DNA from: an uncultured Candidatus Rokubacteria bacterium
GTDB lineage: Bacteria > Methylomirabilota > Methylomirabilia > Rokubacteriales > CSP1-6
Direction: 5' to 3'
Length of the DNA: 64,000 bases
NCBI GenBank assembly: GCA_963771355.1
Contig: CAVYTA010000006.1
Span: forward strand, 1,056,001-1,120,000
The translations under genes and the position numbers were made by a program. The notes below the pieces were generated by a model. That model was not told the origin of the DNA. It was given only the letters and a program-made list of their open reading frames with translations, and ran no database searches. This document shows, one piece after another, positions 17,728 to 28,255 of this stretch (positions are counted from its first letter, which is position 1; the number at the start of each line of letters is the position of its first letter).

Positions 17728-18671
17728 CGTCCCATCCCTCCCTTCGCCTTGCGATACGGTCGGCGCTCGAGCTCCGGCTCCGAGAGGCGCCGACCCAGGG
17801 GGCGGCGCGGCAGCGCGCCGGCCGGCTTGCGCTGCGCGCTCCAGAGCGCCCGGCGCTGCGTCTCGAGCGGCGTATCGGCGAGCCCAAGGAAGCCCGCCGC
17901 CGTCACCACCTGGCCCGTATCCCACAGCCGCCGGAAGCGCTCGCGGTAGTCTGCCTTCCGTACCGCGTGATGATCCATGATCACCCGGCAGCCGGTGCGG
18001 TCGATGATGCGCAGCAGATGCTCCACCCCCTGCTCGATGAAAGCGTGGCCCAGCCGATGCTCCAGATACGCGGGCGCGCCCGACAGATAGAGGAGGCTCG
18101 GCCGCTCCCGCGCGAGATAGGCGGCGGCGACGGGCGACAGCGGACCCTGGACATCGGAGGCGTGCACGAAGCGACGCCCCGAGCGCCGGTCGGTGACGGT
18201 CAGCGCCACCACGTAGCCCAGACCGGACATCTCCGCGCCGTGCGGCAGCGGCGGCGAGGCGGTCAGGATGCAGTCCGGTGTCTCCACGCATCGGCCGTCG
18301 GCGGAGTCGAGCCGCGCCCGGCTCTCGGTCTCGAGCCAGAACTGGCGCGCCCGCTCCGCCTGGGTCCCCGAGACCATGCGCTGGGGATCCTTGGCGAGCA
18401 CGCCTCGGTCCGCGTAGAAGGCGGGGTCGTGGCGATAGTGCTCGTCGTGGTAGTGGCTCACGAAGATCCAGCCCGCGCGCTCGGCGTAGGCGGCGATGCG
18501 GTCATTGGCACGGCGCAGAGCCTCCCACTCCGCCTCCGCCGGCGGCAGGCCGAAACGCGCGGCCCCGAGCGCCGCGCCGGGGTCGATGAGCAGACGCGTC
18601 CCCCCGCATTCGACGTAGGTCGCCATGGATCGCACCCCGAGCGAATCCGCCGCCAGTGGGACGACGTTCAT
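17724..18671 (-). CDS. UPF0282-like metallo-beta-lactamase-fold protein
   Basis: PLAADSLGVRSMATYV, IDPG, SHYHDEH, HASDVQGP, MDHH. Confidence 0.8.
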   Translation of the reverse strand: MNVVPLAADSLGVRSMATYVECGGTRLLIDPGAALGAARFGLPPAEAEWEALRRANDRIAAYAERAGWIFVSHYHDEHYRHDPAFYADRGVLAKDPQRMVSGTQAERARQFWLETESRARLDSADGRCVETPDCILTASPPLPHGAEMSGLGYVVALTVTDRRSGRRFVHASDVQGPLSPVAAAYLARERPSLLYLSGAPAYLEHRLGHAFIEQGVEHLLRIIDRTGCRVIMDHHAVRKADYRERFRRLWDTGQVVTAAGFLGLADTPLETQRRALWSAQRKPAGALPRRPLGRRLSEPELERRPYRKAKGGMGR

Positions 18672-18705
18672 CTCATCAGTCCTTGCGCAGATGCACGGGG
18701 CGGGC

Positions 18706-19467
18706 TCAGATGCATCGGCCGCCATCCACCTCGAGCGTCGTGCCCGTGATCATCGCCGCGTCGTCCGAGGCCAGGAAGAGCGCCGCCCGCGCGAGGTCCT
18801 CCGGCTGGTTGAGCCGGCCCAGCGGCACGGTGCTGCGATATCGGGCCATCCCTTCGTCGTCCACCTTGTCCTTGCCCATGAACGCCGGGAGCATCGGCGT
18901 CTCGGTGGCCACGGGGGCGATCGCCACCACGCGCACGCCGAAGGGCGCCAGCTCCAGGGCCAGGCTCTTGGCCAGGACGTGCACCGCCCCCTTGGACGCC
19001 GAATAGCACTGCACGCCCGGCCGCGGCCGCACCGCCGAGGTGGAGCCCGTGATCAGGAACACGCCGCTCCGCTGTCGCTTCATGACCGGCGCCGCGTACT
19101 TGGCGCCCAGGAATGGCCCCTTCACGTTCACCGCCATGATGCGGTCGAAGGTGGCCTCGTCCACGTCCTCCACGGGGGTGGGGCGCTCGGGCACCCCCGC
19201 GTTCGCGTAGAAGATGTCGAGCCGGCCCCAGCGCGCCACGGTCTGCTCCACCGCGGCCTGGTTGTCGGCCGACCGGCTCACGTCGGCGCGCAGCGCGAGG
19301 GCCTGGCCACCCGCGCGCTCGATCTCCTGCGCGGTGGCCTTGGCCGCCTCTTCCCGCACGTCCACCACCGCCACCCGCGCGCCCTCGCGCGCGAAGAGGA
19401 GGGCGGTCGCCTGCCCGATGCCGGAGCCCGCGCCCGTGATCAACGCCACCTTGTCCTTGAGCTTCAT
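18706..19467 (-). CDS. SDR family oxidoreductase
   Basis: TGAGSGIG, NAG, YSASK. Confidence 0.93.
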   Translation of the reverse strand: MKLKDKVALITGAGSGIGQATALLFAREGARVAVVDVREEAAKATAQEIERAGGQALALRADVSRSADNQAAVEQTVARWGRLDIFYANAGVPERPTPVEDVDEATFDRIMAVNVKGPFLGAKYAAPVMKRQRSGVFLITGSTSAVRPRPGVQCYSASKGAVHVLAKSLALELAPFGVRVVAIAPVATETPMLPAFMGKDKVDDEGMARYRSTVPLGRLNQPEDLARAALFLASDDAAMITGTTLEVDGGRCI

Positions 19468-19955
19468 GGTCGGCCTCCCCCTCCCGGCGGGTCCTGCTTG
19501 ACGTCGGCCACGGTGCCGCCTGTCCCCTGCACGAGCTCGTCCAGCGTGAGCGGGAACACGCACTCCGGCACGCCCGCCGCCGCGTAGATCAGGTCGTGAC
19601 GGCCCAGATCCGCGTCGATCCAGATCGGCAGCTTCGAGGCGTGCCCGAAGGGTGGGATGCCCCCGATGGCGAAGCCCGTGGCCTGCCGCACGACGTCCGG
19701 GTCGGCTCTGTGGACGATACCACCGGCCAGCCGGCCCACCTTGCCCTCGTCCACCCGGTTCACTCCCGACGCCACCACCATGATCGGCGCGCCGTCGACG
19801 GTGAACACCAGGGACTTCGCGATCTGCGCAACCTCCACTCCCAGCGCCTCCGCGGCCTCCCGCGACGTGCGCGCGGTCTTCTCCAGCTCGATCACCCGGC
19901 GATCGAGGCCCCGCTCGGCGATGGCGGCCTGCACGCGCTCGACGGCGGGCTTCAC
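19464..19955 (-). CDS. YbaK/EbsC aminoacyl-tRNA editing family protein
   Basis: AQIAKSLVF...TGFAIGGIPPFGH. Confidence 0.9.
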   Translation of the reverse strand: MKPAVERVQAAIAERGLDRRVIELEKTARTSREAAEALGVEVAQIAKSLVFTVDGAPIMVVASGVNRVDEGKVGRLAGGIVHRADPDVVRQATGFAIGGIPPFGHASKLPIWIDADLGRHDLIYAAAGVPECVFPLTLDELVQGTGGTVADVKQDPPGGGGRP

Positions 19956-19962
19956 CGGAGGC

Positions 19963-20991
19963 TCAAAGGGTCAGCTCCGCCATGAGGCGCAGCGCCTCCG
20001 GCGATTTGGCCCCACAGATCAGCGTGGTGATACCCGAGGTCTTCCAGGCGTCCAGCCGCTCGCGGATGCGCTCCTTGGGGCCGCACAGCGCGATCTCGTC
20101 GACGAGCGCGTCGGGCACCGCGGCGGCGGCCTCCTCCTTCTTGCCCGCGAGGTAGAGATCCTGGATGCGCCGGGCCTCGCCCTCGTAGCCGTAGCGCGAC
20201 ACGAGATCGTTGTAGAAGTTCTTCCCGCGCGCCCCCATGCCGCCCACGTACAGGGCCAGCCGCGGTTTGATCTCGGCGCGGCACCGATCCACGTCGGCGC
20301 CCGGCACGATGGCCACCGTGGGTGCCACGTCGAACGTGGCCAGCGACTTTCCCCCGCCCGCGGCCCGGAAGCCCGCGTCGAGGTACTCGCGGAACACCGG
20401 CATGCGCTGGGCCGAGAAGAAGATGGGCAGGAGGCCGTCCGCGATCTCCGCCGCGAGGGCTACGTTCTTCGGGCCGATGGCGGCGAGGTAGATCGGGATG
20501 TCGGGGCGCCCGTGAAGAATGGACTTGAGCGGCTTACCCAGCCCGGTGGCATCCGCCCCGCGATAGGGGATCTGATAGTACTCGCCCTTGAATTCCACCG
20601 GCCGCTCCCGGCGCCACACTGATCGGATCACCTCGACGTACTCGCGCGTACGCGCCAGCGGCTTCCCGAAGGGTACGCCATGCCAGCCTTCCACCACCTG
20701 CGGCCCCGAAACACCCAGGCCCAGCAGGAAACGCCCGCCGGAGAGCTGGTCCAGGGTGAGCGCAGTGGTGGCGGTGAGCACGGGGGTGCGGCCCGCGATC
20801 TGCATGATGGCGGTCCCCACGCGGATGCGCTCCGTGCGCGCGGCCACCCAGGTGAGAGGGGTGACCGCGTCGGAGCCATAGGCCTCGGCCGACCACACCG
20901 AGTGGAAGCCGAGCCGGTCCGCCTCCTGGACCAAGGTGAGGTCCATGCCCATGGCGGAGCCGGAATAGCCGAGATTGAGCCCGAGTCGCAT
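19963..20991 (-). CDS. LLM-class, probably F420-dependent, oxidoreductase
   Basis: [42 protein letters not shown]. Confidence 0.88.
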   Translation of the reverse strand: MRLGLNLGYSGSAMGMDLTLVQEADRLGFHSVWSAEAYGSDAVTPLTWVAARTERIRVGTAIMQIAGRTPVLTATTALTLDQLSGGRFLLGLGVSGPQVVEGWHGVPFGKPLARTREYVEVIRSVWRRERPVEFKGEYYQIPYRGADATGLGKPLKSILHGRPDIPIYLAAIGPKNVALAAEIADGLLPIFFSAQRMPVFREYLDAGFRAAGGGKSLATFDVAPTVAIVPGADVDRCRAEIKPRLALYVGGMGARGKNFYNDLVSRYGYEGEARRIQDLYLAGKKEEAAAAVPDALVDEIALCGPKERIRERLDAWKTSGITTLICGAKSPEALRLMAELTL

Positions 20992-21005
20992 CGCGCCTCC
21001 CCCGC

Positions 21006-21350
21006 TCAGAGCCGATCGAGCGCGGCCAGCCGGAGCCGGCGCACCCGTCGCGAGCCCGTCCATCGGTACCGGTCCAGCGCGAGCCGTCCGCGCCGAACGG
21101 TCACCCCTTCCTGCTCCAAGAGAATTCGCTGCGTGAGCATGCTCCCCACGTTCCCCCGCACGCTGATGCCGCCCCGCGCGTTCACCACGCGGTGCCACGG
21201 CAGCCCCCCCGGGCAGTGTCGCATGGCCTGGCCCACCGCGCGCGCCGCCCGGGGGGCGCCGAGCAGGGCCGCGATCTGCCCGTAGGTCACCACCCGGCCG
21301 CGGGGGATGGTCCGCACGAAGCCGTACACCGCCCCCTGAAACCGTTTCAC
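21006..21350 (-). CDS. Alkyltransferase-like (ATL/MGMT family) protein
   Basis: [13 protein letters not shown]...ARAVG...PWHRVV (Trp in place of the catalytic Cys). Confidence 0.9.
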   Translation of the reverse strand: MKRFQGAVYGFVRTIPRGRVVTYGQIAALLGAPRAARAVGQAMRHCPGGLPWHRVVNARGGISVRGNVGSMLTQRILLEQEGVTVRRGRLALDRYRWTGSRRVRRLRLAALDRL

Positions 21351-23149
21351 GCCGTCTCCCGCCCGAACTGCAGCTCGTACAGCCGCGCGTAGATGCCGCC
21401 CGCCGCGAGCAGCGCCGCATGCTTTCCCGACTCGCGCATCCGCCCCTTGTGCAGCACGAGGATCCGATCCGCGTTCTGGATGGTGGACAGCCGATGCGCG
21501 ATGATCAAGCTGGCCCGCCCCTCGAGCAGCGCCATCATCGCCGCGCGAATGAGCGCCTCCGACTCCGGATCGACGCTGGAGGTCGCCTCATCGAGGGCGA
21601 GGACTCGAGGATTATAGATGAGGGCACGGGCGATGGCCAGCAGCTGTCGCTGCCCGTGGGACAGATTGACGCCGCGCTCCCGGACCTCCGCGTCGAGGTC
21701 CTGCGGCAGGGCGGCCACGAAGCGCGCCGCCTGGGCCCGCTCGAGCGCCCGCGCCAGCGCTTCGGCCGACACCGCCCCGTCACCGGCGAGCACGAGATTC
21801 TCGCGAATGCTGCCCGCGAAGAGAAAGGCCTCCTGCGGCACCAGCCCCACATGGCGGCGCAGCGCGCGAAGATCCCACTCGCGCACGTCTACGCCCCCCA
21901 CCAGCACCTGCCCCTCCGCGACCTCGTAGGCGCGGATCATGAGGCGCGCGATGGTGGACTTGCCCTCGCCAGTGGGGCCCACCAGCGCCACCCGCTCGCC
22001 CTCGCCGATGGTGAACGAGCAGTGGCGGAGCACCCAGTCCCCGCCCGGGTAGGCGAACGACACGTCCCGAAACTCCACCGCGGGGACGGCGGCCACACCC
22101 CGAGCGCTGGATGCGGGCCCGGCCGATGACAACGGGGGGGAGGTGATGGCCGGCGGCGTGTCGAGCAGGCCGAAGACGCGCTCGGAGGAGACCATGGCGG
22201 CCTGCATCACCGTGTACTTGGCGCCCAGATCCCGGATGGGCAGGAAGAAGCGGCTCGTGTACTCGATGAACGCCACCAGGCCGCCGAAGGTCAGCGCCCC
22301 CGCCAGGACCTCCCCGCCCCCGTACCAGAGGAGCAGCGCCACCGCCGCCGAGCCGATGGCCTCCACCGCCGCGTACAGCGACGCCTCGTAGACCGTGGAC
22401 CGGAACTGCGCCGCCCGGAGCCCGCCGTTGAGGCCCGCGAAGGCGGCGGCTTCCTGAGGCTCGCGGGCGAAGAGCTGGATCACCGTCATCCCCTGGAGCG
22501 ACTCCTGGAGGAAGGCGTTCAGCCGGGCCAGCTGCCGGCGCACCGCGCGATAGCTCTCGCGAGCGCGGAGCCGGAAATAGGCGGCGCCCACCACGAGCAC
22601 CGGCACGAGGGCGAAGGTCACCAGGGCGAGCTTCCAGTTCAGCGAGAGCAGGATGATGACGACCCCGGTGAGGGTGACCACGTCTCCCACGATGGCCACC
22701 ACACCGCTCGTGAACAGCTCGTTGATGGCCTCCACGTCGTTCAGCACGCGGGTCATGAGCCGGCCCACGGGATTCCGGTCGAAGAACGCCGAGTCCTGCC
22801 GCTGGAGATGCGCGAAGAGCGCCTGTCGCAGATCATGCATCACCCGCTGCCCGGTGAGCTGGGTCACGTAGGCCAGGGCGGCCCGGAGCGCGTAGAGCAC
22901 CACCAGGGTGAGCAGAAAGAGCCCGGCGATCCGGCTGAGGCCGCTCCAGTCTCCGGCGAGGATGTGGTGGTCGATGGCGACCTTGATGAGGTAGGGCTGC
23001 AGGAGCTCGGCGGCGGCGGTGAGCGGGAACAGCACGAGCGAGACGAGGACCAGCCGCTTGTGCGGCCGCGTCACCGCCCACAGCCGCGCCATCAGCCGGG
23101 CGTCGTAGGCCTTCCCGAGGATCTCGTCGTGGTCGTCAGGCCTGGTCAA
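21347..23149 (-). CDS. ABC exporter fused TMD-NBD, subunit B
   Basis: GKAYDARL N-terminus; [25 protein letters not shown] start inferred. Confidence 0.88.
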   Translation of the reverse strand: MTRPDDHDEILGKAYDARLMARLWAVTRPHKRLVLVSLVLFPLTAAAELLQPYLIKVAIDHHILAGDWSGLSRIAGLFLLTLVVLYALRAALAYVTQLTGQRVMHDLRQALFAHLQRQDSAFFDRNPVGRLMTRVLNDVEAINELFTSGVVAIVGDVVTLTGVVIILLSLNWKLALVTFALVPVLVVGAAYFRLRARESYRAVRRQLARLNAFLQESLQGMTVIQLFAREPQEAAAFAGLNGGLRAAQFRSTVYEASLYAAVEAIGSAAVALLLWYGGGEVLAGALTFGGLVAFIEYTSRFFLPIRDLGAKYTVMQAAMVSSERVFGLLDTPPAITSPPLSSAGPASSARGVAAVPAVEFRDVSFAYPGGDWVLRHCSFTIGEGERVALVGPTGEGKSTIARLMIRAYEVAEGQVLVGGVDVREWDLRALRRHVGLVPQEAFLFAGSIRENLVLAGDGAVSAEALARALERAQAARFVAALPQDLDAEVRERGVNLSHGQRQLLAIARALIYNPRVLALDEATSSVDPESEALIRAAMMALLEGRASLIIAHRLSTIQNADRILVLHKGRMRESGKHAALLAAGGIYARLYELQFGRETA

Positions 23150-24893
23150 GCTCGGCCTCGATCTGCTGCGTGCGCCAGAGCCGCGCGTAGAGCCCTCCGG
23201 CCCGAGCGAGCTCCTCGTGGGTGCCCTCCTCGACCACCCGCCCCGCGTCCAGCACCACCACCCGGTCGGCGGTCTCCGCGACCCGGAGCCGGTGCGTGAT
23301 GGCCAGCGTGGTGCGTCCCCGGAGCGCGCCTCCCAGGCTCCGCAGGATCTCGGCTTCCTTGCCCGGATCCACGGAGGCGAACACGTCGTCGAGGACGAGG
23401 TAGGCGGGGTCGCCCAGGAGCGCCCGCGCGAGAGCCGCCCGCTGGCGCTGGCCGCCCGAGAGCGTGAGGCCGCGCTCGCCCACCACGGTGTCCCAGCCCC
23501 CGGGGAGGGCCTCGACTTCCTCGGCCAGCCCCGCGGTGACGGCCGCCGCGCGCACGCGCTCGTCGGGCGCGTCGTCGTCCGCCAAGCGGAGATTGTCCCG
23601 CAGCGAGCGCGAGAAGAGGAACGCCTCCTGCGGGACATAGCCGATGCTCCGGCGCAGCATCGCCGCCGGCTGGTCGCGCACGTCGACACCGCCCACGAAC
23701 ACCGTGCCGCGCGGCGGCTCGTGCAATCGGCAGACCAGCGCGCCCAGCGTCGACTTGCCGCTGCCCGTCGGTCCCACCACCGCCACCACGCTCCCGGACG
23801 GGACCGTGAACGAGACGTCGCGCAGCGTGGGCTCACGGCCGGGGTAGGAAAAAGTGAGGCTCCGGAACTCGAGCGCACCGGAAGGAAGGAGAGCGGGCGG
23901 GGCCGTCGCGGCCGATCTCTGGTCCGGCCGATCGGCCGCCCCGGACACCGAGTCCAGGACCTCGGCGATCCGTTCCATGGACGTCATCCCGCGGCGCACG
24001 ATGGCCAGCGTCCAGCCCAGCGCCACGGTGGGCCAGGCCAGATAGGCCAGGTATCCGTTGAAGGCCACGAAGGAGCCGAGCGTGATGCGGCCCTCGACCA
24101 CGGCCCGCCCACCGAGCCAGAGAATGATCAGGCTGCCCAGCCCCGCCACCAGGCCCATCAGAGGCCAGAAGCCCGCCTGAGTGCGGGCCAGGCGCAGGCT
24201 GCGCGTCATGTACTCGGCGTTGAGCCGGCCGAAGCTCTCGATCTCCCGCGTCTCCATGGTGTAGGCGCGCACCACCGGCATGCCGGTGAGGTTCTCCTGC
24301 ACCTTGGCGGAGAGCACGCCCAGCTGCTCCTGGACGGCGACGGACTGCTCGTCCACCGCGTGGCTGAAGCGCTTGGTCGCGAGCACGAGGAGGGGCGACG
24401 GCGACAGCGCCCAGAGGGTGAGCCAGGGATCGATGGTCCACATGGCGGCCAGCGTGCCGGCGAAAGCGAGCGTGGTCGCCACCAGCATGGTGCCGCCGAA
24501 GCCCGCCAGCGCGCGCACGTTGCTCACGTCGCTGGTGGCGCGCGACATGAGATCGCCGGTGCGATGCGTCTGGTAGAAGGCGGGCGGGCGGCGGAGGAAG
24601 GACGCATAGAGGTCCCGGCGGATGTCGTGCTCCACCCACTGTCCGGCGCCGATCATGGCGAAGCGCGAGCCGAGGCGGGCGAGGCCGTGCAGGACGGCCA
24701 GGGCCAGGATGAGCAGGGCGAACACGCCCAGCGCGTGTCGGTCCGTGCCCGCGGTGAGCGCGTCCACCGCGCGCTTCACCGTCCAGGGAATGGCCAGCGA
24801 GAACGCGGTGGCGAAGACGAGGCACGCCACTCCCACGAGATAGCGGGTGAGATAGGGACGGAGATAGCCAAGGAGTCGCCGGACCGGGGACAT
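23136..24893 (-). CDS. ABC exporter fused TMD-NBD, subunit A (degenerate Walker B LDD)
   Basis: RTGDLMSRATSD; GPTGSGKST; LSGGQRQR; LVLDDVFASVD. MdlAB-type heterodimer. Confidence 0.9.
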   Translation of the reverse strand: MSPVRRLLGYLRPYLTRYLVGVACLVFATAFSLAIPWTVKRAVDALTAGTDRHALGVFALLILALAVLHGLARLGSRFAMIGAGQWVEHDIRRDLYASFLRRPPAFYQTHRTGDLMSRATSDVSNVRALAGFGGTMLVATTLAFAGTLAAMWTIDPWLTLWALSPSPLLVLATKRFSHAVDEQSVAVQEQLGVLSAKVQENLTGMPVVRAYTMETREIESFGRLNAEYMTRSLRLARTQAGFWPLMGLVAGLGSLIILWLGGRAVVEGRITLGSFVAFNGYLAYLAWPTVALGWTLAIVRRGMTSMERIAEVLDSVSGAADRPDQRSAATAPPALLPSGALEFRSLTFSYPGREPTLRDVSFTVPSGSVVAVVGPTGSGKSTLGALVCRLHEPPRGTVFVGGVDVRDQPAAMLRRSIGYVPQEAFLFSRSLRDNLRLADDDAPDERVRAAAVTAGLAEEVEALPGGWDTVVGERGLTLSGGQRQRAALARALLGDPAYLVLDDVFASVDPGKEAEILRSLGGALRGRTTLAITHRLRVAETADRVVVLDAGRVVEEGTHEELARAGGLYARLWRTQQIEAELDQA

Positions 24894-24936
24894 CCTGTCA
24901 GTATAGACGCCGCCCCGCGCCGGAGCGGGAACGCGA

Positions 24937-25870
24937 TCAGCCGACAGCTTCGCGGGGGCGGCCGTCGCGGTATGGGCGCAGGGCCGCATAGAGCGCGGCC
25001 AGCGCGGGCGTGGGAATGCCGTGCCGCTCGCCCAGGCGCACCGCATGGCCTTGCAGCGCCTCCAGCTCCAGGCGCTTCCCGTGGGCGAGGTCGAAATGCA
25101 GCGAGGAGAAGGCCCCGGGTCCGAGGGTGTCCAGCCGGCCGAGGACCGCCTCGGTCAGCGTGTCGTCGATGGCGACGCCCCCTGCCGCGGCCCACCCGCA
25201 CCAGCTCCTCGAAGAGGCGCCGGTACATGGCGCGCGTCTCCGGCAGCGCGCGAAGCACGCCGACCGGGCACCGCGTCAGCGCGGTCATGCCGGACTGGGC
25301 GACGAGGAACACATACTTCTCCCACAGCATCCGGAGAGGATCCGCGGCCAGCTCGGCGGGGATACCGGCCCCCCCGCAGGCAGCGAGGAACGCCCGCACG
25401 CGCTCGGACTCCTTCCCGCTCATCTCGCCGAAGCGCAGCCGGCCCAGGAGCCCGTGGCTGATCACGCCGGGCGCCTCGATGGTGGCGAACACCTCCGCGA
25501 TCCCCGCGATCACGTGGCCCGGCCCCAGGATGGCCGCCAGCTTGTCCTCGTTGTCGACGCCGTTCTGGATGGAGAGCACGCCGGTGTCCGGGCCCACCAC
25601 CGGCCGGATGACGTCGGCGGCCGCCTCGGTGTCGAACGACTTCACGCAGAAGAGCACGAGATCGGCCGGCGGCGCCTCGTCGAGGCGCTCCACCGCGGGC
25701 GCGCGGACGGTGAACTCGCCCTCCAGAACCGACTTCACGCGAAGTCCGCCCGCCTGGATGGCGCGGAGGTGCTCGCCCCGCGCCACGAAGGTGACGTCCT
25801 CCCCCGCCCGCGCGAGCTTGGCGCCGAAGAAGCCCCCCGTGCCCCCGCTCCCCATGATCACGATCCGCAT
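24937..25870 (-). CDS. panE: 2-dehydropantoate 2-reductase (+1 frameshift near 25185)
   Basis: GSGGTGG, VKSFD, QNGVD, WEKY. The C-terminal SSLHFDLAHGKRLELEAL...GIPTP is in a shifted frame ending at TGA 24937-24939. Confidence 0.8.
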
Positions 25871-26862
25871 CAGAGCCACCCCGCGCGCTTGAATCGCCAG
25901 TAGAGCCCCCCGCAGACCGCCACCATCAGGCCGAGCGCGAAGGGGTAACCGAGCCACCACTCGAGCTCGGGCATGTGCTGGAAGTTCATCCCGTACACCC
26001 CCGCGATCATGGTGGGCACCGCGATGATGGCGGCCCACGCCGCCAGTTGCTTCATGGAGTCGTTCTGGGCCACCGCGATCAGCGAGAGATTGGCCTCCAG
26101 CGCGGAGGTGAGGAGCTCGCGGAGGCTGTCCACCGTCTCGTTGATCCGCACCGAGTGATCGTAGACGTCCCGGACATAGGGACGGACCTCCTCCGGCACG
26201 AGGTCGATGTCGAACCGCACCAGCCGGTTGCAGATGTCGATCAGGGGGGAGACCGCCCGCTTCAGCTCCAGCAGGCTGCGCTTGAGGTTGTAGATGGCCT
26301 CGGTGGTGTCCCGGCTGAACTGATCCCCGAAGATGGCCTCCTCCAGCCGCTGGAGCTCGGACTCCAGCTCGTCCACCACCGGGAAGTACTGGTCCACGAT
26401 GAAGTCCATGATCGCGTACAGCACGAAGCCGGGCCCCATCTTGAGCAGCCGCGGGTTCGTCTCGCAGCGGGCGCGGACGGGCGCGTAGGAGAGGGAGGCC
26501 CCGTGCCGCACCGACACGATGTAGCGCGGGCCGACGAAGAGGTGGGTCTCGCCGAACTCGGCGGCCTTCTTCTCGTGACTCATCTGAGCGGTACGCAGGG
26601 CCATGAAGAACGAGTCGCCGTAGCGCTCGAGCTTGGGCCGCTGATGGGCGAGGAGCGCATCCTCGATGGCCAGCTCGTGCAGGCCGAACTCCTCCTTCAC
26701 CTTCTGCAGGAGCTCGGGTCCCGGCTCGTACAGCCCGATCCACACGAACTGGTCGGAGAGCTTGAGGACCTCGCTGATGTCCTCGATGGCGACGTTGGCC
26801 ACGCGGCAGCCGCCCGCATAGGCCACGCAGTTCACCACCCCGGGCTGAGTCTTCGTTTCCAT
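25870..26862 (-). CDS. corA: Magnesium/cobalt transporter CorA
   Basis: LHELAIEDAL...QRPKLE; YGMNF; MPEL. Confidence 0.93.
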   Translation of the reverse strand: METKTQPGVVNCVAYAGGCRVANVAIEDISEVLKLSDQFVWIGLYEPGPELLQKVKEEFGLHELAIEDALLAHQRPKLERYGDSFFMALRTAQMSHEKKAAEFGETHLFVGPRYIVSVRHGASLSYAPVRARCETNPRLLKMGPGFVLYAIMDFIVDQYFPVVDELESELQRLEEAIFGDQFSRDTTEAIYNLKRSLLELKRAVSPLIDICNRLVRFDIDLVPEEVRPYVRDVYDHSVRINETVDSLRELLTSALEANLSLIAVAQNDSMKQLAAWAAIIAVPTMIAGVYGMNFQHMPELEWWLGYPFALGLMVAVCGGLYWRFKRAGWL

Positions 26863-26958
26863 GATCGTCCCGCGCCCACTGTGCCGAGCGACGCCGATGG
26901 TTGTCAAGGCGCGCGAGGAGCCGGGCCGCGCCCCGGCCCCGTGCTACGCTCGAGGCCC

Positions 26959-27765
26959 ATGAGCGAGGCGTTCCGGGACGTTGCCGTCGCGGCGGCGAGG
27001 CGCGCGGGAGCTTTTCTCCGGGCCCATCGCGGCGGTGCCCGCGCCATTTCCACGAAGTCGAGCCCCATCAACCTCGTCACCGAGATCGATCGCGGGGCGG
27101 AGGCGCTCGTGGTCGAGACCATTCGCGCCCGCTTCCCCGACCACTCGATCCTGGCCGAGGAAGGCGGCGCTCAGCGTCGCTCCCCCACCCATTGCTGGGT
27201 GATCGACCCTCTGGACGGGACTACGAACTTCGTCCACGGGCTCCCTCTCTACTCGGTCTCCATCGCGCTCGAGGTGGAGGGCCGCGCCCTGGTCGGGGTG
27301 GTCTACGATCCGAACCTCGACGAGTGCTTCGTGGCCGAGCGGGGTACGGGCGCCTTCCTCGAGGGGCGGCGCCTGGCGGTCTCGGCCACCACGAGCCTCG
27401 GCGCCAGCCTGCTCGCCACCGGCTTTCCGTACGATGTGCGGGACACCGCGGACAATAACCTCGCCGAATACGCCGCCTTCACCCGTCGCAACCGGAGCGT
27501 GCGCGAGCTGGGCTCGGCGGCCATCACCCTGGCCGCCGTCGCGGCCGGACGCCTCGACGGCTACTGGGAGCTGGTCCTGGGGCCCTGGGACGCGGCGGCG
27601 GGGGCTTTGCTCGTGGAGGAGGCGGGCGGGCGGGTTACCGCGCTCGACGGCGGGCCGCTCGACCGCGCGGCCCCCGCCCTGGTCGCGTCGAACGGCCGCA
27701 TCCATCCCGAGATGATCGCCCTCCTCACCGAGGTCCGCGCCCAGCGTCGGGCGCCGCAGCAATAG
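26959..27765 (+). CDS. suhB: Inositol monophosphatase family protein
   Basis: WVIDPLDGTTNF; WDAAAG. Confidence 0.9.
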   Translation: MSEAFRDVAVAAARRAGAFLRAHRGGARAISTKSSPINLVTEIDRGAEALVVETIRARFPDHSILAEEGGAQRRSPTHCWVIDPLDGTTNFVHGLPLYSVSIALEVEGRALVGVVYDPNLDECFVAERGTGAFLEGRRLAVSATTSLGASLLATGFPYDVRDTADNNLAEYAAFTRRNRSVRELGSAAITLAAVAAGRLDGYWELVLGPWDAAAGALLVEEAGGRVTALDGGPLDRAAPALVASNGRIHPEMIALLTEVRAQRRAPQQ

Positions 27766-27769
27766 CCCC

Positions 27770-28234
27770 TCAGCGGCGCTCCACGCGGGGGATGATCCAG
27801 CGCCGCGGACCGAGGACGAGCGCCGCGCTCCCGCTTTCCGGGTCGTCCTCCAGGCGCTGGAGGAGCTGGTAGGCGGCGGCGCGAGAGAAGCGCGCCTGGA
27901 AGCGCCCCTCCTTCACCGTCGCGTATGGGATCTCGCCCGGCCCCAGCCGCAATGTCTCGGGTCGGAGCGGCTCGCGGCTGCCATCATTGAGGATGACGGC
28001 CAAGCCTTCCCCATCGGCCTCGACGCGGACCACCACCAGCGGAGCATCGTCCACCTCCACCGGTACGCGTACCGGGCCGATCTGGAGGTAGTGCCCGTCG
28101 GCATCGCGCAGGAGGCCGTCCCGCAGGCTGGCGAGGATGCCCTCGTGGGTGACCTCCGCGTCCTCGTGGTACCAGAGCCCGTCGCGGTCGATGCGGAGCC
28201 GCGGGAGCTTCCACGTGGACGGATCAGTAGCCAT
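27770..28234 (-). CDS. DUF1285-like protein
   Basis: LRIDRDGLWYH...VEVDDAPL...ARFSRAAAYQL. Confidence 0.7.
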   Translation of the reverse strand: MATDPSTWKLPRLRIDRDGLWYHEDAEVTHEGILASLRDGLLRDADGHYLQIGPVRVPVEVDDAPLVVVRVEADGEGLAVILNDGSREPLRPETLRLGPGEIPYATVKEGRFQARFSRAAAYQLLQRLEDDPESGSAALVLGPRRWIIPRVERR

Positions 28235-28255
28235 GAGGCCGCCGTGGTTCCGCGC

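Noticed and set aside
23217..25892. Long antisense or alternate-frame ORFs (also 48082-50910, 52117-54786, 56429-59638, 31495-33666)
   Set aside because: Shadow ORFs produced by high-GC codon bias opposite well-supported genes; they have no recognisable motifs.
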